IMG/VR virus record: IMGVR_UViG_3300045988_179268 | Coordinates: 128,001 to 192,000 of that record | DNA: 64,000 nt | Reading direction: 5' to 3' (one strand) | Origin: a virus | Shown here: positions 17,587-26,400 of the stretch, one piece after another | How positions within the stretch are numbered: position 1 is the stretch's first letter | Layout of the letters: each line of letters opens with the position of its first letter | Made by a program: the position numbers and the translations under genes | Notes under the pieces: model-generated | What the model was told of the DNA's origin: nothing | The model's input: only the letters and a program-made list of their open reading frames with translations | Databases searched by the model: none

Positions 17587-17901
17587 ATGTCCGTCGCAAC
17601 TTTCAACTTTGAGCTTTCCGCTGAGGAACTTGCAGAGCTTGCACCCCACGCAAACTACGAGTACTCCAACTGCTGTGAAGTCAAGGTAGACCACATCGAC
17701 ATTAACGACTACGATAACACCATCACCCTTACTCTAGGAAATGACCACGGTGCGCATGAGGTGGATGCTACCCCTGAGTCTGCTGAGGACTTCGAGGCAC
17801 TTACCTCTCGTTACGAGGGAGACGAGATTGCCGGGTACCGTCTCGACAAGGCTATCTACAGCCTCGACCCCGAAGATGGAGAGGTTGAAATCAACATCTA
17901 A
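17587..17901 (+). CDS. small very acidic protein (family 4, N-terminal TFNFEL motif)
   Basis: 104 aa from ATG 17587 (CTACCGAAGGG leader). About 30% Asp+Glu. Ends ..EVEINI. Confidence 0.7.
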   Translation: MSVATFNFELSAEELAELAPHANYEYSNCCEVKVDHIDINDYDNTITLTLGNDHGAHEVDATPESAEDFEALTSRYEGDEIAGYRLDKAIYSLDPEDGEVEINI

Positions 17902-17907
17902 ACATTG

Positions 17908-17946
17908 ACAAACCCCCTATGGAGTTAGTACCCATAGGGGGTTTGT
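17908..17946 (+). terminator. rho-independent terminator
   Basis: 15-bp perfect stem acaaaccccctatgg / ccatagggggtttgt. Confidence 0.85.
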
Positions 17947-18024
17947 GTTATATGCTTGTCTTAGCGGTGGAACGGCATTCTCTGTGGCATAGTTAGATAA
18001 TCTTCATAGTGAACCTTTGGCGCG

Positions 18025-18033
18025 TGTTACAAT
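18025..18033 (+). promoter_or_regulatory. SigA-type promoter, extended -10
   Basis: TGTTACAAT, 68 nt upstream of ATG 18101. Confidence 0.55.
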
Positions 18034-18100
18034 TGTTGTGTATGGGTTGGGTAGTCCGCCTAGCCGCATAATCCACATTTATTAGCTGGAGAGGGATACT

Positions 18101-18853
18101 ATGACTGAGAATAGCCACAAGGAAGCGCCCGCATGGGTGGAGGTCACTCCTGATACTGTTACTGCGCCCGCTGACTTGTTGCGTGTGGCTAACGTTGTGT
18201 TCGACCTGTTGAGGGCGTTTCGTGTTGATGAAGACCCGGACTTGAAGGAAGCTATTGAGAGGGCTTTAGATTGGGATACGAACGCGGCTAAGGGTAAGGT
18301 GCCCTATCATATTCTGGAGCCTCTAAAGGCTTTGCCTAGCCGTGAGGTCATTGATGCCCGCATTGACTATTATAGGCATGAGATGCAGGCGGGGCGTGTA
18401 GATAACATGTGCGGTATTCCTGCGTTCCTTAGTGGTTCTATGCTTACGGCTGATGAGGTGTCCCGCAATACTGGAATCCCGGAAGATGAGCTTCTACGTG
18501 AAGCGGATTCGTTTGCTTCACGGTTTGTTACAGACCTTGAGTATGAGGATGCTGATGGTAATGAGTCGCCGCGTTTCTACTCAGAACAATTTAAGCCGGA
18601 TGGGACGCTTGATGACCGTAAAGCTGACTATATTTCTGCGGCTGGGAATTACTTTAACGATGCGCCGGGGTTCTTCCATGACGTGTTTTCACCTCAGCTG
18701 ATTTTGGGTTATGTTAGCCCGGTGGCTTATGCCGCTTTGAGCGATGAGCATCTGGAGGCGTGCAAAGAGACGAACCGCCTGTACATGGAGTGCTGGGACA
18801 TCACCGCTGACGACGACATCGAAGACCTAATGTTCCCCTACGAAGAAGAGTAG
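18101..18853 (+). CDS. HTH plus DUF2384-like protein, paralog family 2
   Basis: 250 aa. GIPAFLSGSMLTADEVSRNTGIPEDELL (HTH-like), RFYSEQFKPDGTL, ILGYVSPVAYAALSDEHLE. Clear homolog of 32140..32961. Confidence 0.7.
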   Translation: MTENSHKEAPAWVEVTPDTVTAPADLLRVANVVFDLLRAFRVDEDPDLKEAIERALDWDTNAAKGKVPYHILEPLKALPSREVIDARIDYYRHEMQAGRVDNMCGIPAFLSGSMLTADEVSRNTGIPEDELLREADSFASRFVTDLEYEDADGNESPRFYSEQFKPDGTLDDRKADYISAAGNYFNDAPGFFHDVFSPQLILGYVSPVAYAALSDEHLEACKETNRLYMECWDITADDDIEDLMFPYEEE

Positions 18854-18899
18854 CTGTTTGCACCCTGCATCAACATTCCAATATAGAGTGACTTTAAGG

Positions 18900-18908
18900 T
18901 GTTATACT
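18900..18908 (+). promoter_or_regulatory. SigA-type promoter, extended -10
   Basis: TGTTATACT, 40 nt upstream of ATG 18948. Confidence 0.5.
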
Positions 18909-18947
18909 GGTTAGCACGTTTCTCGATATTGCTAGGAGTGGCACGTA

Positions 18948-19142
18948 ATGACTTTCCATATTGATAGTTCGGTACTGTCCGTGCTTTGTGCATGTTCCCT
19001 TGTGCTTTGCCTTTTTGGATTTTTTCGCGCAATGTCTAAGTTTATAGGCGCTACGGATGCGCGTGAAGCTCCCGTTTGGGTTCTTTGGATGGGTGTTTGC
19101 GCGGTTGGTGTTATCCTATCTGTGATGTCCATGATTCTCTAG
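18948..19142 (+). CDS. small membrane protein
   Basis: 64 aa, two hydrophobic helices, AGGAG RBS 9 nt upstream. Confidence 0.5.
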   Translation: MTFHIDSSVLSVLCACSLVLCLFGFFRAMSKFIGATDAREAPVWVLWMGVCAVGVILSVMSMIL

Positions 19143-19338
19143 CGCATGGGGTTATATCCGCCATCTTTGGGGGCTAATGTTGCCGTGTCTACTTTCACCA
19201 CTGTGGCGGCTATCTATGTGGTGATGTGGTAAAGAAAAGAGTAGAACGGCGTTAAGTTCACACGTTACACCACAGCTACATTCACCTCTTCAAGCCATTG
19301 CCGCCGTTTATCCGCTAATTTCTTTTTAGGAGTAATCT

Positions 19339-19629
19339 ATGTACATAAATATGGATGCCGTGGTTCATTCAGCAATTTTCTTAGCGTTTGCAGGAGTTGG
19401 TGCAATGATGGTGTACCAGGGGTTTGTGACTATCGGGCAAGCTAAGAATAAATTCCAAGCCTTTATAGGGTTCCTTACTGGTATTGTCGGTATCTTCACG
19501 GTGTGTTGGGGTTTGGCGAACGCATTTCCGCATAACCCGAACGCGGGTACACTTCCAGCTAGTACAGGTGACACTAGTTCAGTGAATACTAATAACAGCG
19601 GTGGCGGCGACATCATTAATGGGTTGTAG
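19339..19629 (+). CDS. small membrane protein with Ser/Asn/Gly tail
   Basis: 96 aa, two to three helices, AGGAG RBS. Confidence 0.6.
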   Translation: MYINMDAVVHSAIFLAFAGVGAMMVYQGFVTIGQAKNKFQAFIGFLTGIVGIFTVCWGLANAFPHNPNAGTLPASTGDTSSVNTNNSGGGDIINGL

Positions 19630-19635
19630 TGCGCC

Positions 19636-19857
19636 ATGTTGGAGGTAGCTGTTACGGGGGCTAATATTGCTTCCGTGTTCCATGTGGTATTTTTCTTGCT
19701 AATTGCGGGCATTGGTCTGTTGTTGGTGATGTTGGCTGTCGGGGTTACTTCATCTCCTCTTGATACTGCAATGGACGCTATTCTAGGTGTAGCTATTGGC
19801 GTTATTGGGATAAGCATGTTCTGCTTTGGGGTGCAGATGGTGTTTCCGCTTAATTAG
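19636..19857 (+). CDS. small membrane protein
   Basis: 73 aa, two helices. Starts 6 nt after the previous stop. Confidence 0.5.
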   Translation: MLEVAVTGANIASVFHVVFFLLIAGIGLLLVMLAVGVTSSPLDTAMDAILGVAIGVIGISMFCFGVQMVFPLN

Positions 19858-20022
19858 AGTTTGGGCACGATTCCCGCTAGTGGGGGGGGTGGTAGTTCGG
19901 TGAGTGTTGAGTTGATGGTGGTTGCTTCGCAATGGTTTGCAACTTATTTGTTGCTTGACAGCGCCACGGCATCCTGTATATTCTAGATACTAATCATTGT
20001 TTTCTATAGGAGTGTGCTTATC

Positions 20023-20445
20023 ATGTTTTTTAGTTCTGTCGCCACTGACTCTTTGTTGCTTTTTGCGATGTTTGGTAGCTTTTTCACGGTATTACCTGGA
20101 ATTGTTCTACAGCTGTTCGCGCTAATGGATGAAGATGAGGAGCCATTCGGTAAGCGACAGTATTTCAACTTGGCAAAAATGACGTTTATGACCGGGGTGC
20201 TGTTTGCTGGCATTGCGGTCTGTATTCATATCTTTGCCCCGGATAATGTGGTTCCTAATAGAAGCTCTGTGCCTGAGTTGTGGGCGATGTTGTGGGTCGC
20301 GCCGGTCATGTCCCTTGTATTATGCTTTGTCACTACTGGGCTAACTGCTTTGGTCGCGGTTCTGTGGCGTGTTCTTGATGCGCTGTTGAAGTACCCTGTC
20401 GGTTGGTGGTGCGCACTAATGGGGCGTACTGGCGACAGTGAATAG
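20023..20445 (+). CDS. membrane protein
   Basis: 140 aa from ATG 20023 (AGGAG RBS 10 nt upstream), four hydrophobic segments. Confidence 0.55.
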   Translation: MFFSSVATDSLLLFAMFGSFFTVLPGIVLQLFALMDEDEEPFGKRQYFNLAKMTFMTGVLFAGIAVCIHIFAPDNVVPNRSSVPELWAMLWVAPVMSLVLCFVTTGLTALVAVLWRVLDALLKYPVGWWCALMGRTGDSE

Positions 20446-20478
20446 TTGCATAACTCGCGATTGATGTCGCGGTAAATT

Positions 20479-20489
20479 TGTGGTACACT
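20479..20489 (+). promoter_or_regulatory. SigA-type promoter, extended -10
   Basis: TGTGGTACACT with TTGATG about 17 nt upstream. Confidence 0.7.
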
Positions 20490-20550
20490 ATTTTTAAATA
20501 CGAGGCGTTAAGTATCACGCCCAACACATCAACCCCTAAGGGAGTCCCCC

Positions 20551-20946
20551 ATGCGTTTCACGTCTAACTTCAAGTTCAAGGCTGTCACTCCTAGTCCCGA
20601 TAAGCTTGCCGACTTTTGGTGGCATGACGAGTTCGCCGTCGAGAATGTCGAGATTAAGCAGGCGAACGACCCGCAGGAACAAGGCAACTATGTCGTAAAG
20701 TTCACTATTGAAGAGCCTTTCTATCTCCCCTCTAATGATGAGGATGATGACTATGTGCCGGATAACTGGGAACCTTCCAAGATGACTTTTATGCAGTGCG
20801 AACCCGTTCCCTACGGTTTGGCTGTACGCATTAAGGATGAAATTATCCGAATGACGGCAAACGGATATATTGACGCGCCTGACGTTATTAATGGCATGGA
20901 TATGTACGACTTGGAGATTGCCTACGGCGGCATCTCTGGCATGTAG
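20551..20946 (+). CDS. small acidic protein (family 4, N-terminal TSNFKF motif)
   Basis: 131 aa, AAGGGAG RBS, acidic stretch NDEDDDYVPDNWE. Confidence 0.7.
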   Translation: MRFTSNFKFKAVTPSPDKLADFWWHDEFAVENVEIKQANDPQEQGNYVVKFTIEEPFYLPSNDEDDDYVPDNWEPSKMTFMQCEPVPYGLAVRIKDEIIRMTANGYIDAPDVINGMDMYDLEIAYGGISGM

Positions 20947-20995
20947 CATCCCGTGGGCACCCAATACCCAACCAACACCCCTAGAAGGAGGAATC

Positions 20996-22063
20996 ATGGA
21001 TATTTCTGCTGTAAATCGAGGCGACATCCTCATTGATGAACCATACGTCTACCGCGTCCTGACTGTAACGACTGATGGTAAGGCGCGACTACTGCGACCT
21101 AATGGCGACATTGGAACCGCAACCATTACCCCTGATGAGCCTTGGGAGCATGTGCCTAATGCCACGGCTGAGGATTGGCTGTTGTACTGCGCTAAGAGTC
21201 GCGCCGCCCAGCAAATCATCACGAACCTTAGCGGTACTGACCTTAAAGACCCTATTAGCGCATACAACGCCGAACATGGGGCGCTAGGCGTGGAAGTAGG
21301 TCTACAGCTGACCCAACAGCAGAAGCAGGCTATCTGCAAGCGCCTAGACGAATACGCTGAGGCGGTAAGTGAGGCGCGCGCCTGGGTTGCAAAGCAACGC
21401 ATCCGATACAGTGAAGCGACCGCAACGCTGTTTGAGAAGATGCCCGAAGATACCTACAGTATCGCGGAGCCTCGTTACTTCGAGTCACTAACCCACCCTC
21501 AGGTGGAATTGAGGGGTGCAACTCTCGCTGTCGGGCGCGTCTACCGATTCAACTGCAAGAAGAGCAGTAACTCTGCTGGGCGTTCGCGAGGCTATTTCCG
21601 TGTAGACAGCATCAAGGGGAAGAAGGCACATGTAACCCTAGATGACGGTACTACCGGCTACATGTGCATTTCAGACTGGAACGCATGGGAATACCCCCTA
21701 CAGCTAGTAACCAGCACCGAAACCTACGACTGCTCAAACAGGTTCTCGCCTGTAAATGTAGATGACCCCACGGAGGGTTTCGCATACGCCAAATATCTGG
21801 GAACGATGCGTCACCTCGGCGTGGAAGCCGCTAAAGCATACCAGAACCTATTTGAGAAGCCGGAACGTCCCGCAATGCTAACCGGACTGTTCCGTAAAGA
21901 TTTCTACTCGCCTCTCTACACGGGTTCACGCCGCAACCCCAACAACATTCAGGAAGCATACAAGGCGGCTAACCAGGAAATTGAGCAGGTCTATGACCGC
22001 CTCGCAGATACTGAACACGAACTGCGTGACACGCGGGAACTTGTGAGCTTCCTAACAGTGTGA
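20996..22063 (+). CDS. paralog family 1 protein
   Basis: 355 aa from ATG 20996 (AGGAGG RBS; the track start at 20870 overlaps the previous gene). N-terminal RGDILIDEPYVYRV, EARAWVAKQRIRY motif, second beta-module GRVYRFN..YFRVDSI..WEY. Confidence 0.7.
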   Translation: MDISAVNRGDILIDEPYVYRVLTVTTDGKARLLRPNGDIGTATITPDEPWEHVPNATAEDWLLYCAKSRAAQQIITNLSGTDLKDPISAYNAEHGALGVEVGLQLTQQQKQAICKRLDEYAEAVSEARAWVAKQRIRYSEATATLFEKMPEDTYSIAEPRYFESLTHPQVELRGATLAVGRVYRFNCKKSSNSAGRSRGYFRVDSIKGKKAHVTLDDGTTGYMCISDWNAWEYPLQLVTSTETYDCSNRFSPVNVDDPTEGFAYAKYLGTMRHLGVEAAKAYQNLFEKPERPAMLTGLFRKDFYSPLYTGSRRNPNNIQEAYKAANQEIEQVYDRLADTEHELRDTRELVSFLTV

Positions 22064-22133
22064 ACCGAAGCGAAAAAGTTGCTTTTAGTATCAACGCCTG
22101 ATATACTGTAAGCATCAGACGCACCATAGTGTG

Positions 22134-22178
22134 AAATACCCCCAAGCCTATAGGGACAGGTTTGGGGGTATTTTTTTT
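22134..22178 (+). terminator. rho-independent terminator
   Basis: 12-bp stem aaatacccccaa / ttgggggtattt followed by T8. Confidence 0.85.
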
Positions 22179-22652
22179 GTTTGCTTGCAGGTTTCCCAGA
22201 GGTTTGCGACAGTAAGCAACGATGCAACGTGTCGCATTTATCCTCATCTTATTTTCTTAGTTTGCCAATTGTCGCCGTCTCGCAACACTATTATTGCAGT
22301 CGGTTACTCTATAACTCCCTTATGTTGCTTGTAGGTACTGGCTTCTACGCGGTTTTCATGCCAGGTGTTTGCCCCAGGCATTGTTCAGGTGAATACCCCA
22401 GGCATCACGCCCTAGAATTGTGCAGGCGTAGTTCGCGGTTAGTTCATAGTTTATGTCAAGCAATATTCATCTCACCCCGCAAAGGCGACCTTTTGAGCTG
22501 TTCTAGATTGCGATATACGGGTTACATGCATTGCTGAAATGGTGCATGTGAAATATACTCCCGCTATCCCCATGCTGGTTGCCTAGCACTCATAATGGCA
22601 TGGCGTTACCAATTGCTGATAGTGGGAACAATAGAATAGGAGGAACCTACAT

Positions 22653-23831
22653 ATGGTTTCTATTAAATCGTTTGTTGCGCGTGCAAGCGCAGGTGTTCGC
22701 TCTGACATTCTTTCCCTGAGTAACGAGTGTAAGATGCTACTCCCGGATGGGGCTACTTTACGTAGTGCTAAGTACGAGATTTTGACTACCGATAAGCATA
22801 GTGTCGCTATTGGCGACACAAGGTATTATCGTATTCGTGCTTTGCGTAGGATTGAGCGTCCGTTTGGGTTGCCGCCGGTTGAGCCGGGTGACCTTGGCGG
22901 GTATGTTACTTTTGATACTGGAAACTCGCTTTCTAACGAAGGTGATTGCTGGGTCGCTGATGAAGCGTTTGTGTCAGGTTATGTTTCGGGTGATTCTCAG
23001 GTGACTGGTCACGCCCATGTTGGTTACCCATCTACAGTTAGCGGTAAGTCGCTCATTTCTGATTTTGCGCAGGTGATTGACGGTGCCCATGTGGATGAAT
23101 CGTTAGTTACTGGTTTTGCACAGGTGGTTGGTCGTAATTTTGAGGGGCTATACCTTGAAGAGCCTTCGCTTGAACTTCTTGGTGAACAGACGCAGGTGGT
23201 CAATCACTCGTGGGTTTCGGGTCGTGCCCGTGTTTCTGATGGTGCGTATGTGCATAGGTTTAGTTCTATTAAGGGTTCATCTGTTGTGTCTGGTCCCATC
23301 TTTTTGACGAATGGCTCAAGTGTTGCGGGTGTTGTGCTTACAAGCGAGTGTGACATGGTGCTTATTCGTGGTGAGTTTATTGATGAGCCTATGAACATGT
23401 GGGGTTGCCCGAAGGGTATTGTTGTCCACGAGGGTGATGGTAAGATTGAGACTTTGCAGGCGCTTGGTGACATTGACCGTGGAGCTGTCTTACCTTACTT
23501 TGGCGGGGACTATTTACGTTGTGCTAGGACTCCTAAAGAGATAGGTAAGATTTACGGCATTGAGGAACTTGAGTTTCACGATACTGGCAATGGGACATGG
23601 GCAAGCTCTTTTGACAAGAGTATCGAAGCGCCACGCAAGATACTCGTTTCTTCTGCGACTGGCATCGAGTATTTCGAGCCTGCATCCAAAGAGGAAAAGG
23701 CAGAGTATCGCGATAAGATGGTCGAGAAAGCTGAAAGTATGCGTGAGGTTCTTAAAGGGCAACGAGACATAAGGGATACTATTCAGTCTGATGAACGAGC
23801 GGCTTGGCACGCCGAACACCCGGAAGAGTAA
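22653..23831 (+). CDS. left-handed beta-helix (hexapeptide-like repeat, YdcK-like) protein
   Basis: 392 aa with AGGAGG RBS. Repeating a-V-x-G-x-a-x-V periodicity (FVSGYVSGDSQVTGHAHVGYPSTVSGKSLISDFAQVIDGAHVDESLVTGFAQVVG..). Confidence 0.65.
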   Translation: MVSIKSFVARASAGVRSDILSLSNECKMLLPDGATLRSAKYEILTTDKHSVAIGDTRYYRIRALRRIERPFGLPPVEPGDLGGYVTFDTGNSLSNEGDCWVADEAFVSGYVSGDSQVTGHAHVGYPSTVSGKSLISDFAQVIDGAHVDESLVTGFAQVVGRNFEGLYLEEPSLELLGEQTQVVNHSWVSGRARVSDGAYVHRFSSIKGSSVVSGPIFLTNGSSVAGVVLTSECDMVLIRGEFIDEPMNMWGCPKGIVVHEGDGKIETLQALGDIDRGAVLPYFGGDYLRCARTPKEIGKIYGIEELEFHDTGNGTWASSFDKSIEAPRKILVSSATGIEYFEPASKEEKAEYRDKMVEKAESMREVLKGQRDIRDTIQSDERAAWHAEHPEE

Positions 23832-23919
23832 GGAATACTAGCATATAAGAGAAGAATGCATCTATGGTAGTATGGATGTTCCACCTCGCCTATATTTGCT
23901 TTGCGCATGGTTTAGAATC

Positions 23920-23930
23920 TGTGATAGACT
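23920..23930 (+). promoter_or_regulatory. SigA-type promoter, extended -10
   Basis: GAATCTGTGATAGACT with TTGCGC 18 nt upstream. Confidence 0.75.
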
Positions 23931-24001
23931 ATAGGTGTAGCAAGGAAGATGATTTCCAATGAAAAGCTACAGCCACTTTCCTAGACTGAGAGGTTGTCGT
24001 T

Positions 24002-24325
24002 ATGCAGACCATTTACAACACTGACCGCCACTTCATTTCCTCTGTGGACATTGCACTTACTGAGGGTGCCATTACTAACGTGGATGAACTGATTGCCGGT
24101 ATTAAGGGCTTCAAGCGTGCCGCCGATGGCTCTGTTGTCTACGGTCCGTATATTGTTCAGAGTGACACGGTGCGCGTTGAGCTTGATGCAGGTATCGAGG
24201 CAACCCTTATTCTTAGCGAGAATGCTGTAGAGATTTCTGCTATTGACCTCGAAGATGGATTTGCTGTTGATATGGTAACGACTCCTGAGGCGAAGGAGTT
24301 GATGGAGTACTTCGAAACTATCTAG
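24002..24325 (+). CDS. small acidic protein
   Basis: 107 aa, ends ..YFETI, own promoter and terminator. Confidence 0.7.
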   Translation: MQTIYNTDRHFISSVDIALTEGAITNVDELIAGIKGFKRAADGSVVYGPYIVQSDTVRVELDAGIEATLILSENAVEISAIDLEDGFAVDMVTTPEAKELMEYFETI

Positions 24326-24335
24326 TGCTTAAATA

Positions 24336-24380
24336 CATAAACCCCCTTATTGCAGAGGGCTTGCAACGAGGGGGTTTATG
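24336..24380 (+). terminator. rho-independent terminator
   Basis: 12-bp stem cataaaccccct / agggggtttatg. Confidence 0.8.
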
Positions 24381-24530
24381 TGCGCCTACTACGGCGTATG
24401 CTCAGTGAATTACTATAAATGGACGTGTTACCCACTATGGATTTTCGCACTACACATGCGGCGTATCATTGGCAAAGCTTCATCGCCTGTAACCTATTGA
24501 AAAAAGGGGGTGTACAAGAAGCTGACATTA

Positions 24531-24539
24531 TGCTATGAT
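24531..24539 (+). promoter_or_regulatory. SigA-type promoter, extended -10
   Basis: TGCTATGAT with TGTACA 17 nt upstream. Drives the short unit ending at the 24577-24614 terminator. Confidence 0.5.
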
Positions 24540-24545
24540 TGTAAC

Positions 24546-24614
24546 AACGTTGAATCCTGGGGAGGATGGGACGTTGAAGAGCCTTAGGGTGGGTACCCTA
24601 AGGCTCTTCTTTTT
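24546..24614 (+). ncRNA. candidate small RNA (~70 nt): hairpin plus intrinsic terminator
   Basis: Hairpin caacgt/acgttg, then a 14-bp perfect stem aagagccttagggt / accctaaggctctt followed by a T-rich tract (cttttt, five consecutive T). No ORF with an RBS. Confidence 0.5.
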
Positions 24615-24659
24615 GCCCACTCAGGCATAGTAAGTCAATGTTCGCTACATGTTTATTTC

Positions 24660-24670
24660 TGTGGTACACT
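24660..24670 (+). promoter_or_regulatory. SigA-type promoter, extended -10
   Basis: TGTGGTACACT, 38 nt upstream of ATG 24708. Confidence 0.7.
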
Positions 24671-24707
24671 TGGTTTAATAAGTTTTCTACCGAAAGGGGT
24701 TCACATC

Positions 24708-25136
24708 ATGGCACAGGTTATCAACATCATCAACTTCATGGGCCGCCAGCTTCTTGAAGAGGTCGAGGAAGGTCGCTTCAAGCTTGGTGAAATGACTGAG
24801 CTTAACCGTCAGGCAACCCTCAATGCACTTACTGAGAACGAAATTGCTAAGGTTGAGGCGATTGAGGAAAATGAAGATGGCACCTTCCTGCTGGCTCTGG
24901 AAGGGCGAGAGATTAGCGCGTTGATGGGCAACTACTTTGCAGACTATGGACCCCTAGTTGCAACCATCAGGGAGCCTAGTAACTTCCTCTTTAAGGCTAA
25001 TGACTATCTTCTCTTCGCTACCGTAAAGGCTGACGGTGAGCTTGCCGATAAGTTCCGGGAGATGGTAGAAAGCGATTGGTCTTACTCAACCTACGTGGAT
25101 GAGTTCGACGACCGGGAGGGCACCCTTACCATCTAA
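24708..25136 (+). CDS. small acidic protein
   Basis: 142 aa, CTACCGAAAGG leader, ends ..GTLTI. Confidence 0.7.
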   Translation: MAQVINIINFMGRQLLEEVEEGRFKLGEMTELNRQATLNALTENEIAKVEAIEENEDGTFLLALEGREISALMGNYFADYGPLVATIREPSNFLFKANDYLLFATVKADGELADKFREMVESDWSYSTYVDEFDDREGTLTI

Positions 25137-25145
25137 CGACATGCT

Positions 25146-25178
25146 GAAAGCCCCTCAGTAATAAGCTGAGGGGCTTTC
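25146..25178 (+). terminator. rho-independent terminator
   Basis: 13-bp perfect stem gaaagcccctcag / ctgaggggctttc. Confidence 0.85.
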
Positions 25179-25230
25179 TCTATTCCTTAAAGGTGTGACA
25201 GATTCCGTTTCGGGTGTATGACGCTAAATC

Positions 25231-25241
25231 TGTGATAGAAT
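25231..25241 (+). promoter_or_regulatory. SigA-type promoter, extended -10
   Basis: AAATCTGTGATAGAAT. Confidence 0.7.
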
Positions 25242-25307
25242 ATATGTGTAGGGCAAGCAGATTGGAAACCTGATGTCCATTTAAACCCACTGAAAGGATT
25301 GTTAATC

Positions 25308-25700
25308 ATGGCAACCCCGTTCCTAACCTTTGCAAACGAACAGAATTTGACTATCGAGTTCATGTTCGACTCTTGGGAGAAACTTCGTTACGTTGCGGAA
25401 AATAAGCCGCCGGTCTTACTCAAAGGTTATATGCACACTGAATCGGAAGACCACGGCGGCGGATTCGTAAGCCATATCGCCACAATCGACCCCGACGTTG
25501 CATTTATTACCGGCGACAACAAAGTTAGCTACGGCACTGCCGTAAAGAAGAAGACTAATCATTTCATGATGCACCTTTTAGCCGGTGGCTCAGCCGCAAA
25601 GCTCTACATTAAGGATTACACCATTGAAGTGGACGAAGAAGAGGGCGGTATTACACTAAGGTTCACTGAGCTTTTCCAGGAAAACCCTTACGAGTGCTAG
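25308..25700 (+). CDS. small hypothetical protein
   Basis: 130 aa from ATG 25308 (GAAAGGA RBS). The track start at 25299 is a TTG. Confidence 0.65.
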   Translation: MATPFLTFANEQNLTIEFMFDSWEKLRYVAENKPPVLLKGYMHTESEDHGGGFVSHIATIDPDVAFITGDNKVSYGTAVKKKTNHFMMHLLAGGSAAKLYIKDYTIEVDEEEGGITLRFTELFQENPYEC

Positions 25701-25759
25701 ATTGATAGTAATATAGGTTCAGCTTGTGGGTTTTATGGCAATTAGCGGGATGTGTAGCA

Positions 25760-25939
25760 ATGCGGAAGAAGTACGTTATAGCTTCCCTGTCGGTATTCTT
25801 ACTCGCTGGCGCTTATTCTGGGCTATGGGTTGCAAGCGTTTCTGACGGATATGTTCGCCTGTGGTGGTTCGCTCTTTCGGTAGTAATGGGGAGTATTGGC
25901 GGTATATTTTCCGTGTGGTCAGATTCTCTACGCAGGTAG
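25760..25939 (+). CDS. small membrane protein
   Basis: 59 aa from ATG 25760 (MRKKYVIASLSVFLLAG..), two helices. Confidence 0.4.
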   Translation: MRKKYVIASLSVFLLAGAYSGLWVASVSDGYVRLWWFALSVVMGSIGGIFSVWSDSLRR

Positions 25940-26022
25940 TTGGCTTACTTGCGCAACGGTCACCATAAAAGGCATCTACTTTCGATGTAGTAGATGCCCT
26001 TGCCTGCATTTTGGAGTTAATT

Positions 26023-26223
26023 ATGATGTTCTTAAAAGCTGTCGTAGCTGTCATTCCATTCATCATTTCGGTGTTTATGGGGATAGGCGGTGCCCTCATC
26101 ATTGAGGAATGCCAGGACAAGGGCAAACCTGGTTCACCTTTGGGGCATATGCTTATAGCGGTGGGCATGATTGGCGTTGTAGTAACACCCGCGTTAGCTA
26201 TCCTATGGTTGCGACATTACTGA
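26023..26223 (+). CDS. small membrane protein
   Basis: 66 aa from ATG 26023 (GGAG 6 nt upstream), two helices. Confidence 0.5.
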   Translation: MMFLKAVVAVIPFIISVFMGIGGALIIEECQDKGKPGSPLGHMLIAVGMIGVVVTPALAILWLRHY

Positions 26224-26325
26224 GTGTGCGACTACGCAGGCGGCGCATCTGGCTACACACCCTGACCTAACTACCTTACAGTGATGCGGCACATACCGCT
26301 TTAATAATTCCCCCGTTATCGCTAG

Positions 26326-26334
26326 TGGTAGAAT
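26326..26334 (+). promoter_or_regulatory. SigA-type promoter, extended -10
   Basis: TGGTAGAAT, 67 nt upstream of ATG 26401. Confidence 0.55.
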
Positions 26335-26400
26335 GGTAGAGATACTATCTGTTCTTGTGGCGCGCAACGTCACACGCAAACTCTCTACAGGAAGGTTCTC

